Shown piece by piece: positions 19,944-29,219 of a stretch of 64,000 bases of DNA. Origin of the DNA: an uncultured Planctomycetota bacterium (GTDB lineage Bacteria; Planctomycetota; Planctomycetia; Isosphaerales; Isosphaeraceae); NCBI GenBank assembly GCA_963737655.1, contig CAVTTN010000002.1, positions 192,001-256,000 on the forward strand, given 5' to 3'. Within the stretch, counting starts at the first letter, position 1. Each line of letters opens with the position of its first letter. The notes under the pieces were generated by a model, which saw only the letters and a list, made by a program, of their open reading frames with translations, was not told the origin of the DNA and did not search any database. The translations under genes were made by a program, and so were the position numbers.

Positions 19944-20651
19944 TCATTCACCCGACGGGTTTTCATAGGGACCACCCTCGGGGAGGAACGGTTCGAGGGG
20001 GCAATCCGCGCACTTCGCCACCGACGCCCGGCAATGCGTCTTGCCCAGCCCCTCGAACATCGCCGAGAGGGCCGCCAGGGCCGGGGCGTCGCCCGGTTCG
20101 AGCGATTCGAGGACCGATCGGGCCTCCTCGTACTCGGCCGAGGCGTCGAGCCAGCCGTGACGGACCAGGATGCGGTAGGAGGCCCGATCGACCGGGTAGA
20201 CCGGCCGGTTCAGGCCGATCAGCAGGAGCGAATCGACGGTCGCCGGGCCGAGGCCCGGGATGGCCAGCAACGCCTCCCGAAGCGCCTCGGTGGAGGTTCG
20301 TTCGAGGGCCTCGACCCCTCCGGACTCGACGACGACCCGGGCGAGCCTCTGGATCGGCTTGAGGACCTTGGGCGAGAGGCCGGAGGTCGGGCCTCGAATC
20401 CCCCGGGTGGCCTCGACCAGCTCGGTCAGGTCGGCCTCGGCGAGGGCCTCGGGCGAGTCGAGCCCGCTGGAGGCCAGGGCCTGGACGACCTTCGCGGCCT
20501 GGTTCGGGGCGAAGCTCGCCGAGAGCAACCCGGTCAGGATCGCGAGGAAGGCGTCTCCGGGGCGATCGGCGACCGAGGAACGCTCCGGCCCCCCGAGCCG
20601 GTCGGCCAGGGGGGCGCGAAACTCGCCGTAGGCATCCCGGAGCGAGGGCAT
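19944..20651 (-). CDS. Endonuclease III-related HhH-GPD family protein
   Basis: LREALLAIPGLGPATVDSLLL...PVYPVD..YRILVRHG; C-terminal HCRASVAKCADCPL. Confidence 0.8.
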   Translation of the reverse strand: MPSLRDAYGEFRAPLADRLGGPERSSVADRPGDAFLAILTGLLSASFAPNQAAKVVQALASSGLDSPEALAEADLTELVEATRGIRGPTSGLSPKVLKPIQRLARVVVESGGVEALERTSTEALREALLAIPGLGPATVDSLLLIGLNRPVYPVDRASYRILVRHGWLDASAEYEEARSVLESLEPGDAPALAALSAMFEGLGKTHCRASVAKCADCPLEPFLPEGGPYENPSGE

Positions 20652-20655
20652 GGGG

Positions 20656-20934
20656 TCAGGCGCCGGCCTTGGCCAGGGCGGCGCGGTACTCCCGGACCAG
20701 CTTGCTCTTGCGGCGGGCGGCGGTGTTCGGGTGGAGGATCCGGCGGGCCCCGGCCTTGTCGATCTTGGCCGTGGTGATGCGGAAGTCGGCCTCGGCCTTC
20801 TCGCGCTCGCCCGAGGAGGCGTTGGCGAGCGTCCTCTTGGTCATCGTCTTGATGATCTTCTTGACGATCCGGTTGTGCATCCGGCGCTTCTGGCTCTGCT
20901 TCAGGCGCTTGATCGCGGAGGGCGTGTTGGGCAT
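20656..20934 (-). CDS. rpsT: 30S ribosomal protein S20
   Basis: MPNTPSAIKRLKQSQKRRMHNR...IDKAGARRILHPNTAARRKSKL. Confidence 0.95.
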   Translation of the reverse strand: MPNTPSAIKRLKQSQKRRMHNRIVKKIIKTMTKRTLANASSGEREKAEADFRITTAKIDKAGARRILHPNTAARRKSKLVREYRAALAKAGA

Positions 20935-21032
20935 CGCTGGGTCCGGTGACTCGGAACGAAACGTTTCGGATCGAATTCGGCGGTCCCGCCGAGGGCCGAA
21001 AGGGCCCTTCTCGGCGGAAAGCGGCGAGTGTA

Positions 21033-22451
21033 TCAGGAACCGCCCCGACTGTTCAAGTCCTGGAGTCTCTGGGCGACGTCTTTGTACGTGTAATCCTCGG
21101 CCGCGACCTCGTTGTAATAGTCCTCGGCTTCCTTGAGCTTGCCCTGGGCCTCGCAGACCCGGCCCAGTCGGTAGCGGACCTGGTTCTGGAAGGCCATGTC
21201 GCCGGAGTCGGCCAGGGCGAGGGCCTCGACGAAGTTCTTCTCGGCGAGCTTGGCCAGCCCCTTGGCCTCGAACGACTCGCCGGCCAGGTGGAGGGCCTGG
21301 GCCTTGAGCTCGGGGTTGGATCGGGCCTTCTGGAACGCGGCGATGGCGTCGTCGTGCTTGCCGATCGAGGCCAGCATCCGGCCGTACTGGATCTGGAGGT
21401 TGGCGTCTTCGGGATGGGCCTCGGCCCTCCACCGCGCCTCGGCCATCTCGTAGGCCGAGAGCTTGGTTTGGATGGCGGCGATCTTCTCCGAGGCGGCGGG
21501 GTCGTCGGGGTTGTCGCGGAGCTTCTTGGTCCAGGAGTCCAGGGCCCGGCGGAGGCGGGCGATCTGGATATCGCCGTGGGCCGACTTGAGCACGGGGTCC
21601 TCGGGGATGGCCTTGCGGCCCTGGGCGAGGACCTTCTCGGCGTCGTCCAGGCGGTTGTGGGCCTTGTGGATGTCGGCGAGCTGGAGGTACAGGCCGACCC
21701 GGCTCGGATCGGCCTCGATCTCCTTGACCAGCCGTTCCTCGGGGGTCTGGATCTTCCTCTTCATGTCCTCCATCTCGGCCTCGGCCGCCGAGCGATCCGG
21801 GCCGGAGGTGCCGGCGTCGTCCTTGTGCTTGTCGATCGCGGCGCCCAGGCCCGATCGGCTGATGGTGGCGCTGGCCGAGAGCGAGTTGATCTTGCGGCGG
21901 GCTTCCTCGTTGTTGGGCTCGAACTCCTTGACCTTCTCCCAGCAGCTGGTGGCCTTGCCCCAGTCCTCGTTGATCTCGTAGACGTGGGCCATGTACTTGA
22001 AGAACCCGGCGTCCTTGCCGACCTGATGGACGACCATCTCCAGGAGCCATCGCGACAGGGGCTTGAGGGCCAGGTGCTCGGCGGCCTCGGCGGCGTCCTG
22101 GGCGGCGCCGACGTCCCAGGGATTGTGCTTGAAGACGTCCTCGCACCCTTCCAGGACGTCCACCCACTTCCCCTTGGCCTTGGAGAGGCGGATGCCGGCC
22201 TTGATCGGCTGGACCCTCGCCCCGGCGAGCCGGCCGACCTTCGAGGGCTCGTTGCCGAAGGCCCGCCTCTGCACGCCCCGGAGGGCCTGGCGGTAGAGCA
22301 GGTTGCCCGGGTCGAGCTTCAGGGCGTTGCGGTACATGTCGATGGCATAGTCGAGGTTGTTCTTCAAGGCCGCGTCGTTGCCGTAATCGAAGAACGACCG
22401 GGCCTTCTTCTCCCTCATGTTGTGCTCGGCAGACTCGGACATCGACGCCAT
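21033..22451 (-). CDS. Tetratricopeptide repeat protein
   Basis: Repeated TPR-like helices (YAIDMYRNALKLDPGN; DDAIAAFQKA; YRLGRVCEAQGKLKEAEDYY). Confidence 0.85.
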   Translation of the reverse strand: MASMSESAEHNMREKKARSFFDYGNDAALKNNLDYAIDMYRNALKLDPGNLLYRQALRGVQRRAFGNEPSKVGRLAGARVQPIKAGIRLSKAKGKWVDVLEGCEDVFKHNPWDVGAAQDAAEAAEHLALKPLSRWLLEMVVHQVGKDAGFFKYMAHVYEINEDWGKATSCWEKVKEFEPNNEEARRKINSLSASATISRSGLGAAIDKHKDDAGTSGPDRSAAEAEMEDMKRKIQTPEERLVKEIEADPSRVGLYLQLADIHKAHNRLDDAEKVLAQGRKAIPEDPVLKSAHGDIQIARLRRALDSWTKKLRDNPDDPAASEKIAAIQTKLSAYEMAEARWRAEAHPEDANLQIQYGRMLASIGKHDDAIAAFQKARSNPELKAQALHLAGESFEAKGLAKLAEKNFVEALALADSGDMAFQNQVRYRLGRVCEAQGKLKEAEDYYNEVAAEDYTYKDVAQRLQDLNSRGGS

Positions 22452-22672
22452 CCCCCCGCTTCGGAGACCGAGGCCGAGGGCCTCGCCGCCAGGGCCGCGA
22501 CGACCCATCTCCCCGACCCCGTCCCGGGGCCGGACGCCGCGGCCGACTTTCCCCCACATTCGATCCCGTTCTTTTAGTATAACCAACGACGCCTCGCCAC
22601 CCTCCAGCCCGGCCCGGCCTGGAGACCGAATTTGCTCCGGCGCGCGCCCCGGCCCCCGAGGACCTCCCGCCC

Positions 22673-23557
22673 ATGACCGCCCCCGTGCTGAAGGACCAGG
22701 GGCTTTCCGGCCTGATCGCCGGACCCTTGCGCACCGTCGCCTCCGGCCTGGAATTCACCGAAGGCCCCCTGGGTTTCGCCGACGGCTCGTTCCTCTTCCA
22801 GGACATCAAGGCCGAGAAGACCTACCGAGTCGGCCCCGACGGCTCCGTCTCCGTCCTCCGCGAGAAGACCGGCGCCGCCAACGGCCAGACCTTCGACGCC
22901 TCCGGCCGGATCATCTTTTGCGAACAGAACGGCCGGCGAGTCTCCCGGATGAACCCCGACGGGTCGGACGTCTCCGCCGTCGTCGAGGCCTTCGACCTGC
23001 GGCGGCTGAACAGCCCGAACGACATCGTGTGCCGGTCCGACGGCCGGGTCTACTTCACCGATCCGCCCTACGGCGTGCCCTCGCCCGAGGCCAAGGAGCT
23101 GCCGTTCCAGGCGGTCTTCACCCTCGACCCGGGCGATTCGCCGAGGCCGCTGGTCGAGGACTTCGAGAAGCCCAACGGCCTGGCCTTCTCGCCCGACGAA
23201 TCGATCCTTTACGTCTGCGACACCGCCCGATACCACATCCGGGCCTTCCGGGTCGAGCCCGACGGCCAGCTCGACCCGGCATCCGACCACGTCTTCGCGG
23301 CGATGGAGCCCGATTCGCCCGGGGGGCCTGACGGGATGAAGGTGGATCGCGACGGCCGGCTTTACGTGGCCGTCGCCCAGGGCGTCTGGGTCTACGAGCC
23401 CGACGGCCAGTTCCTCGGAATCCTCGCCACCCCGAAGCGGCCGGCCAACCTCGCCTGGTGCGGGACCGAGGCGGACGAGCTGGTCATCACGATGGGCAAC
23501 ACGGTCCTCCAGATCAAGATGAACGTCCGGGGCGTGATCCCGCCGTTCCGCGTATAA
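22673..23557 (+). CDS. SMP-30/gluconolactonase/LRE family protein
   Basis: FTEGP, LNSPND, YFTDPPYG, PNGLAFSPDE, PDGMKVDRDGRLYVA. Confidence 0.92.
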   Translation: MTAPVLKDQGLSGLIAGPLRTVASGLEFTEGPLGFADGSFLFQDIKAEKTYRVGPDGSVSVLREKTGAANGQTFDASGRIIFCEQNGRRVSRMNPDGSDVSAVVEAFDLRRLNSPNDIVCRSDGRVYFTDPPYGVPSPEAKELPFQAVFTLDPGDSPRPLVEDFEKPNGLAFSPDESILYVCDTARYHIRAFRVEPDGQLDPASDHVFAAMEPDSPGGPDGMKVDRDGRLYVAVAQGVWVYEPDGQFLGILATPKRPANLAWCGTEADELVITMGNTVLQIKMNVRGVIPPFRV

Positions 23558-23593
23558 CGGGCGGGACGTCCCCGACGTTCCGCCCCTCCGGGT

Positions 23594-25165
23594 TCAGGCC
23601 CCCGGGACGCCGAGCCTCCGGCAGGCCTCGTCGTAGCCGTCGGCGGTCCGGCCGAACTCGCTGGCGGTGACCCGGGCCAGGGCCACGAGCTGCCTCCAGC
23701 GGAACGCGGGCCGGGCGTTGGCGAACTCGTCCGAGGTGGTTCGATAGTATTTCTCGGCGTGGAGGGCGCCGTCCTCGCTCACGGCGAACGTCCTCATCAG
23801 GTCGAAGACCGGGCGGGAATCGCCCCCTTCGGCGCCGATCCGGGCCACCAGGGCGGCCGCCCTGGCCTGGTCGTTCCCCCGGATGGCGGCCTCCGCCTCG
23901 GGGAGGAGCTTCGCCGATTCGACCGTTCGGACGCCCTCGACCTCCTCGGGCCGGGGCCGAGGCGTCCAGTCGAGGAAATCGCCCCCTCGCTGGACCCGGT
24001 CGAGCGCGACCTGGTAGGCGCCCAGGATCAGGCAGGCCCTGGCGTTGCGGTCGTTGGCGACCCTCGCCAGGTTCCTCCAGGCATTGGCCGAGTCGCAGGC
24101 GTGGACGCCGATCGAATCGCCGTGGACGCTCCCCTCGGGCTTGCCCGGCTGGACCTCGGGCTTCCTCCGGCCGGAATCCCGGAGGATCAGTTGATTGGCG
24201 GCCAGGGCGATGGCCTCGCCCACCGAATCCGGCGAGAACCCTTCGGCCAGGGCGTCGGCGGCGGCCTCGGCGGCCGTCTCGGGCGAGCCCTCGAAGATCG
24301 CCCGCGAGAGGTGATCGACCCAGCCATCCTCGGCCGGTCGGGCGTCCCGGGCGAGCCGCATCTTGCGTTCGAGGAGCCGGGGGAGCAGGGCGCGAACCCT
24401 CTGGGTCTCGTCCTTCGGCATGTTCCGCTCGGAAGAGACGCAGAACCGGACCGACTGGCGGAGCAGGGTCTGGGCGTTCTCCGTCCCGACCAGGCCGACG
24501 AGGTCCCAGGCCCGATACGGCAGGACGACCCGATGGACGTCGGCATGATCTTCCACGGCCACGAGCAGCTCGTTGAAGGCGTCCTGCGCCCCGGCCCGGG
24601 AGATCGCGGCGAACGTGGCCTCGGCGCCGGCCACGTCCTTCTTGCGGATCGCCTCGCGGAGTGCCTCGCCAGGCGAGACGTCCTTGGGCAGATTCGCCAC
24701 GGGCTCGACGGCGCGGAGCGTCTCCTTCGACGGGCCGAACGCCTGGAGCCGTGCGGTGTTGCGATACAGGACCTTCAGGACCGGCAGGGCCCGGCGATCC
24801 CCCGACGATTCCCCGGCCATGAACAGGGCCGGCGTCAGCGCCATCAGCGTGTGAAAGCCGACGTAATCCTCGCCGCCGAACGCCCGGGCGTTGGCCAGGG
24901 CCCCGGCCGCCACCAGGTCGCGGAGCGGCGTCCCGGAGCGGATCTTCTCGACCAGGACGGGGATCAACCGATCGGCCGGCGTGTCGCGGAGGAGCCCGAC
25001 CAGGGGCTCGCGATCGCCGAACCGCAACGGGCCGGGATCGTCGCCTGCCCCGGCGTTCGCGGGGGCCAGGCCGAGCCCCACGGCCGCCTCCAGCCCCACC
25101 CCGGCGATCAGGACCCCCCGGCCGACGTCCCCCAGGAACTCCCTCCGGCTTCGTCCGTCGCGCAT
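23594..25165 (-). CDS. Tat-exported all-helical hypothetical protein with repeated His motifs
   Basis: SRREFL twin-arginine signal with ANA cleavage site; His motifs YVGFHTLMA, ADVHRVVL, IGVHACDS, GALHAEKYY. Confidence 0.75.
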   Translation of the reverse strand: MRDGRSRREFLGDVGRGVLIAGVGLEAAVGLGLAPANAGAGDDPGPLRFGDREPLVGLLRDTPADRLIPVLVEKIRSGTPLRDLVAAGALANARAFGGEDYVGFHTLMALTPALFMAGESSGDRRALPVLKVLYRNTARLQAFGPSKETLRAVEPVANLPKDVSPGEALREAIRKKDVAGAEATFAAISRAGAQDAFNELLVAVEDHADVHRVVLPYRAWDLVGLVGTENAQTLLRQSVRFCVSSERNMPKDETQRVRALLPRLLERKMRLARDARPAEDGWVDHLSRAIFEGSPETAAEAAADALAEGFSPDSVGEAIALAANQLILRDSGRRKPEVQPGKPEGSVHGDSIGVHACDSANAWRNLARVANDRNARACLILGAYQVALDRVQRGGDFLDWTPRPRPEEVEGVRTVESAKLLPEAEAAIRGNDQARAAALVARIGAEGGDSRPVFDLMRTFAVSEDGALHAEKYYRTTSDEFANARPAFRWRQLVALARVTASEFGRTADGYDEACRRLGVPGA

Positions 25166-25305
25166 GATCCACCCCCGATCGAGTCGAAGCGTCGCGAGGG
25201 CGGAGAGGGCCCTCGCCGCCCCGACCATACCCGGGTCGGGCGGATCGTGAAAGGCTCGCGCGCATGGAATCGACGGATTCGTCGATGGATGACCGAGGCG
25301 GAGGG

Positions 25306-25953
25306 CTATTTCGGCCCGCTCGTCCCCTTGGGCGATTCGGCGGGATCGGCCTTGGCCTTCGGGTCGGCCTTGGCCTTCGGGTCGGCCTTGGCCTTCGCGG
25401 CGGTCTTGGCCTTCGCCTTCGTCTTCGGCAGGGGGACCGGCCCGCTGACGAGCTTCAGGGACGCCGAATTGATGCAGAAGCGGAGGCCCGTCGGCGGAGG
25501 GCCGTCGGAGAAGACGTGGCCGAGGTGGGCGTCGCAGGCGCTGCACATGACCTCGACCCGGAGCTCGGCCTCGCTGAAGTCGTTGGCCGTGACGATCCGG
25601 TTCGCGGCGATCGGGGCGTAGAAGCTGGGCCAGCCGGTGCCGGACTCGAACTTGGTCCGGGCGTCGAACACCTCATTGCCGCAGCAGACGCAGGCGAATT
25701 TGCCCTTGCCGTGGTAGGCGGCATACTTGCCCGTCCCGGCCGGCTCGGTCGCCTTGCGGCGGGTCACGAGGAACTGGTCCCGGGTCAGGACCTTGGCCCA
25801 TTCGGCCTCGGATTTCTCGACCCTCTTGGGCCGGCCGTCCTCGGCGGCGGCCCCGCCCCCCTGGGTGGCGGCCTGATCGAAGGCCACGACGGTTCCGACG
25901 GTCGCGAAGACCATCAGCGCGACGATTCCCGAACGGACGAACGGCCGAGACAT
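25306..25953 (-). CDS. msrB: Peptide-methionine (R)-S-oxide reductase with N-terminal signal and Lys/Ala-rich tail
   Basis: KFESGTGWPSF, CDAHLGHVFSDGPPPTGLRFCINSASL; two CxxC zinc motifs. Confidence 0.95.
   Translation of the reverse strand: MSRPFVRSGIVALMVFATVGTVVAFDQAATQGGGAAAEDGRPKRVEKSEAEWAKVLTRDQFLVTRRKATEPAGTGKYAAYHGKGKFACVCCGNEVFDARTKFESGTGWPSFYAPIAANRIVTANDFSEAELRVEVMCSACDAHLGHVFSDGPPPTGLRFCINSASLKLVSGPVPLPKTKAKAKTAAKAKADPKAKADPKAKADPAESPKGTSGPK
25342..25420. repeat. 18 bp tandem repeat coding KAKADP units in the msrB tail
   Basis: GG(G/A)TCGGCCTTGGCCTTC repeated three times plus degenerate copies. Confidence 0.8.
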
Positions 25954-26436
25954 GGCGAGACCTCCGGCGGGCCCGAGTCTGGGTAATCTGCACGACGCCA
26001 CGATTGTATACGATCCCCCCCGTTCCTCGAACCCCGGAGTCCCGGAATGTCTCGATTCGAGCGATCCCGGGCGGAATCGTCGGTCCCCCGATCGAGGGAC
26101 GCCCACGCCGCACGACCCCACTCCTCGGATCATCGCGAGCGAGGCCCCCGGCGATCACCCCATTTCTCGGCCGCGGATCTTCCGTGAACCAATTCATAAT
26201 ACACTGATTACTTAATATCAATAATCGCGGATAAAGCCCGGTGACCCGGAGGTCCGCGCCTGGTTGCGATTTTCGGGGCGAACAGCCCGCGAGGCGATCC
26301 GCCGCATCCCTCTATTCGGAAAAGACTTGCAATTTTTGAATGGAATTCTGTCGACATGATGTTCCCTCCGCGCGCACGGGTCGTTGCGCACCCGAAAACC
26401 CTATAATTTCAGCCCTTTTCGCGCGATTCCCGGAAA

Positions 26437-26475
26437 AAGTGTAGTCAAGTTCGCTCGAAGTGTCGTCAAGTTCGC
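26437..26475. repeat. Tandem 18 bp direct repeat with 21 bp period
   Basis: AAGTGTAGTCAAGTTCGC (26437-26454) and AAGTGTCGTCAAGTTCGC (26458-26475). Confidence 0.8.
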
Positions 26476-26570
26476 GAACATCCAGGACGGCGCATTTTCC
26501 ATTCTTGTTTTATTTGAACTATTCTACATTAACAGGTGTTTTGCCCTTTGCGGGCGCGAAGGAGGCGAAT

Positions 26571-26886
26571 AATCCATCCATGACTCCACGCAATCGTGAT
26601 GACGGTTCCCACAAGTTGCATGTTCAATGATCCATAAAATCATTGCCGTCTCGCACGCTCCGCGTGCCTGCGGACGCCGACGAACGAAGAGGACGCGGAG
26701 CGTCGAAGACGGCATTCCCACGCCGAGCGTGGGAACGAGTCGTCGAGCAAGTACCAACCCGGGATTATGAGCCATACGTGCTTTGTGCTTTAGAGACTCG
26801 AAGCAGGCGTGCAATCCATGCATGATTTCGCACAATCGTGATGACGGGCGGCACGCGATTGCATGCTCAATGCTCTATAAATGATT
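26571..26886. repeat. Imperfect ~74 bp direct repeat, two copies
   Basis: Copies at 26571-26644 and 26813-26886 share AATCCAT.CATGA, CAATCGTGATGACGG and TTGCATG.TCAATG.TC.ATAAA. Confidence 0.8.
26644..26739. repeat. REP-like doublet of the CTCGTTCCCACGC type, left arm truncated
   Basis: TGCCGTCTCGCACGCTCCGCGT pairs imperfectly with ACGCGGAGCGTCGAAGACGGCA, followed by the hairpin TTCCCACGCCGAGCGTGGGAACGAG. Confidence 0.7.
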
Positions 26887-26892
26887 AACCAA

Positions 26893-27795
26893 TTATGTTC
26901 CCACGGAGATCATGCGATCGGTGAGCGGGTTCCCCAGGAGGTCGGTCGGGAGCGAGGCGGGGGAGTCGGGCAGACGTAGGAAATATGCGTAGTTCTCCGT
27001 GGTGAGCGGGGAGGTCGGCGAGAGGGTCACGGTCCGGGTCGCCGGGTCGTAGACGGCCGTCTCGAGGGTCACCGGATGCTCGGAGAGGTCGATGCCGCCG
27101 TCGGGCCGACCGGTGACCTCGTAGGTGCCGAGGGCCTCGACGCTCGCCGGGTCCATCGGCTGGCTGAACGTCAGCGAGATGCCCCGGGGCGAGAGGCCCG
27201 TCGCGACGACCTCCGGAGGGACCTGGTCCGCACTGGGCTCGATCTCCAGGGAGCTGGCCCCCAGCCACGCGAAGGCGTGCGATCGAGGCAGGTAGGCGAT
27301 CACCTGGAGCAGGATCTTCCCGGTCGGGACGAAATTCGGGTTCAGGCGGACCGGGACCGTCAGGCTCGTCTGTCCCGGCGCGAACCGATAGGTGCCGTCG
27401 ATCGGCACGATCGGCAGCGCCGAGGGGTCCGGCCCGGTCGTGCGGAGGCTGCGGGACACGACCCGCTGGCCGGCCGATTCCGACACGGAGACGATGGGTC
27501 CGAGGACCCGGCGGTCATAGGGCGGAGGCCCGCCGGCCGCCGAGCTCGGGGATTCATCGAAGACGGCCAAGCTCTGAACCTTGAAGGTCAGCGCCCCGAG
27601 CGACCCGGCCGGCGAGCGGGTCACGGTGAAGTCCACCTCGCCCGTCTGCGGCGAGGCGTAGTGCCGGGCGAGCCCGGACTGGAGGCCTATCGGAGGCACG
27701 GCCGGTCGGCTCGAAACACTCAAGAGCGTCCGGCCTTCCAGGGGTTCGGCCCCGGGACTCGTGACGCGACCGTTCCTGGGGGCGGAGCTGGTCAT
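26893..27795 (-). CDS. Planctomycete extracellular-type protein with Calx-beta/Ig-like domains
   Basis: AEPLEGRTLLS N-terminal motif; GTYRFAPGQTSLTVPV; SLTFSQPMDPAS...AVYDPATRTVTLSP. Confidence 0.7.
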   Translation of the reverse strand: MTSSAPRNGRVTSPGAEPLEGRTLLSVSSRPAVPPIGLQSGLARHYASPQTGEVDFTVTRSPAGSLGALTFKVQSLAVFDESPSSAAGGPPPYDRRVLGPIVSVSESAGQRVVSRSLRTTGPDPSALPIVPIDGTYRFAPGQTSLTVPVRLNPNFVPTGKILLQVIAYLPRSHAFAWLGASSLEIEPSADQVPPEVVATGLSPRGISLTFSQPMDPASVEALGTYEVTGRPDGGIDLSEHPVTLETAVYDPATRTVTLSPTSPLTTENYAYFLRLPDSPASLPTDLLGNPLTDRMISVGT

Positions 27796-28265
27796 CGGCC
27801 TCTCCGAGGGCTGACCTCGACCTGGAGGGGCCCGTTCGTCTTCGACCCGAGGCGATCCGACGTTGCACCGCCCCGGTTGTCTTCCGACTTCGGCTCGGCC
27901 GCGGGCCGTCTGGAGGAAATCTCCCGAGGGCGCGATCCGTCAACGCCGGTCTCGGGGCGCCGAGTTCCCGAGGGGGGTCGTTTGATCTTGAAGTGTCGAT
28001 CTGGGAGGCACCGGTCGAGGACGTCCACTGCCACCCAAATCGGGGACAGATTCCCGGCCTGATCCTCGGAATCCCGGACGAGGTGGAGTCGAGAGCTTCC
28101 GCCGGAGTGAGGGGAAGGGGGTGAGCTTCACTCCCGAGGGACGCATGGATCGACCCTGGCTTCTTCGAACAGCCCGCTTGATCGGGCCCGGCCGGTCGGT
28201 CAAGCTCGGGGCTTCGGCCCTTCCTCTCCCCAAAGACGGTCCTTTGAGATCCGCGAGGCGCGATC

Positions 28266-29086
28266 ATGGCGGACATCCATCCGGTATCGACGATCACGGC
28301 AGCCCCCGACGAGGCCCCGGCGCGAGGTGCCGGGCTCGTCTGGCTCCTGGCCATCGCGGCGGGGCTGGTCGCGGGCCTGGCCGGCTGGGCCGTGAGCGAG
28401 GCGTATTTGCACTCCTTCTCGTCCCGGATCGCGGCGAGGTCGGCGCCTCGGGGCTACCGGGCGGACCTCCGCGCGGGCGATCCGGCCTACGGTCCGTCGC
28501 GGGCCCTCCGCGCCTATCGCCAGGAATACACGACCCGGGCGGCGGCCGCGGCGGCCGGGTCGCTGGCGGTCTGCCTGGGCGTGGCGCTCGCCCTGGCCGG
28601 GGGCTCGCCGGGCGAAGGCCCCGCTCGGCGATCGGCGGGGCGATCGCGGGCGCGACGATCGGAGGGATCGGCTCCTGGATCGCCTCGGTCCTCGCCGTCC
28701 AGGCCTTCCACAAGGGGATGGACCTGGATCCCCTGGTCCGCAAGATCCCCGACCTGTGCTACCTGACCCTGGCCCACGGGGCGCCGGCCGCCGTGATGGG
28801 CCTGGCCGCCGGCCTGGGTTTCGGCCTGGCGATCGGCGGCCGGGGCCGGGCCGGCCTCGGCGCGATCGGCGGAGTCCTCGGCGCGATCCTCGGTGTGGTG
28901 GGCTTCGAGGTCGCCTGCGGGATGCTCCTGCCGCCGGAGCAGGAGGCCCTCGCCATCCCGGAGACGGCCGGCCTCCGCGCCACGGCCGCCATCGTCACGT
29001 GCCTGGCCGTCGCCCTCGGGGCGGCCTGGGCCGAGAGGAACCTGAAGTTTCGCCCGGAGAGCGGCGTCAAGCCTGCCTCGGTCTGA
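28266..29086 (+). CDS. Multi-pass membrane protein; apparent -1 frameshift in G-run near 28600
   Basis: ORFs 28266-28766 and 28121-29086 join into a Gly/Ala-rich hydrophobic protein with about 6 TM segments. Confidence 0.65.
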
Positions 29087-29173
29087 ACGGGCCCGGTAAG
29101 TCCGCTCTCGCGGACCCGGCAAGGACCGCCCTCGACCACGCGACACGCGGACTCCGCAAGTCTTGAGTCGCCG

Positions 29174-29213
29174 TCGGGTGGTATGCTCACGAAGATGTGA
29201 ACATGCCACCCGA
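29174..29213. repeat. Single degenerate GGGTGG-family palindrome between convergent genes
   Basis: TCGGGTGGTATGCTCACGAAGATGTGAACATGCCACCCGA. Confidence 0.75.
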
Positions 29214-29219
29214 CCTGGA

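Noticed and set aside
20656..22809. 717 aa ORF ending in ribosomal protein S20
   Set aside because: Only the last 92 codons are S20; the rest is an off-frame reading of the TPR gene in GC-rich DNA.
26185..26540. Replication origin
   Set aside because: AT-rich, but I found no cluster of TTATCCACA-like DnaA boxes and no dnaA, parAB or rep gene nearby.
26384..26835. Short ORFs in the AT-rich island (62, 103 and 60 aa)
   Set aside because: They translate repeat sequence, have atypical codon usage and show no recognisable motifs.
26571..26886. Possible CRISPR array
   Set aside because: Only two diverged ~74 bp copies about 168 bp apart, no regular repeat-spacer period, and no cas genes.
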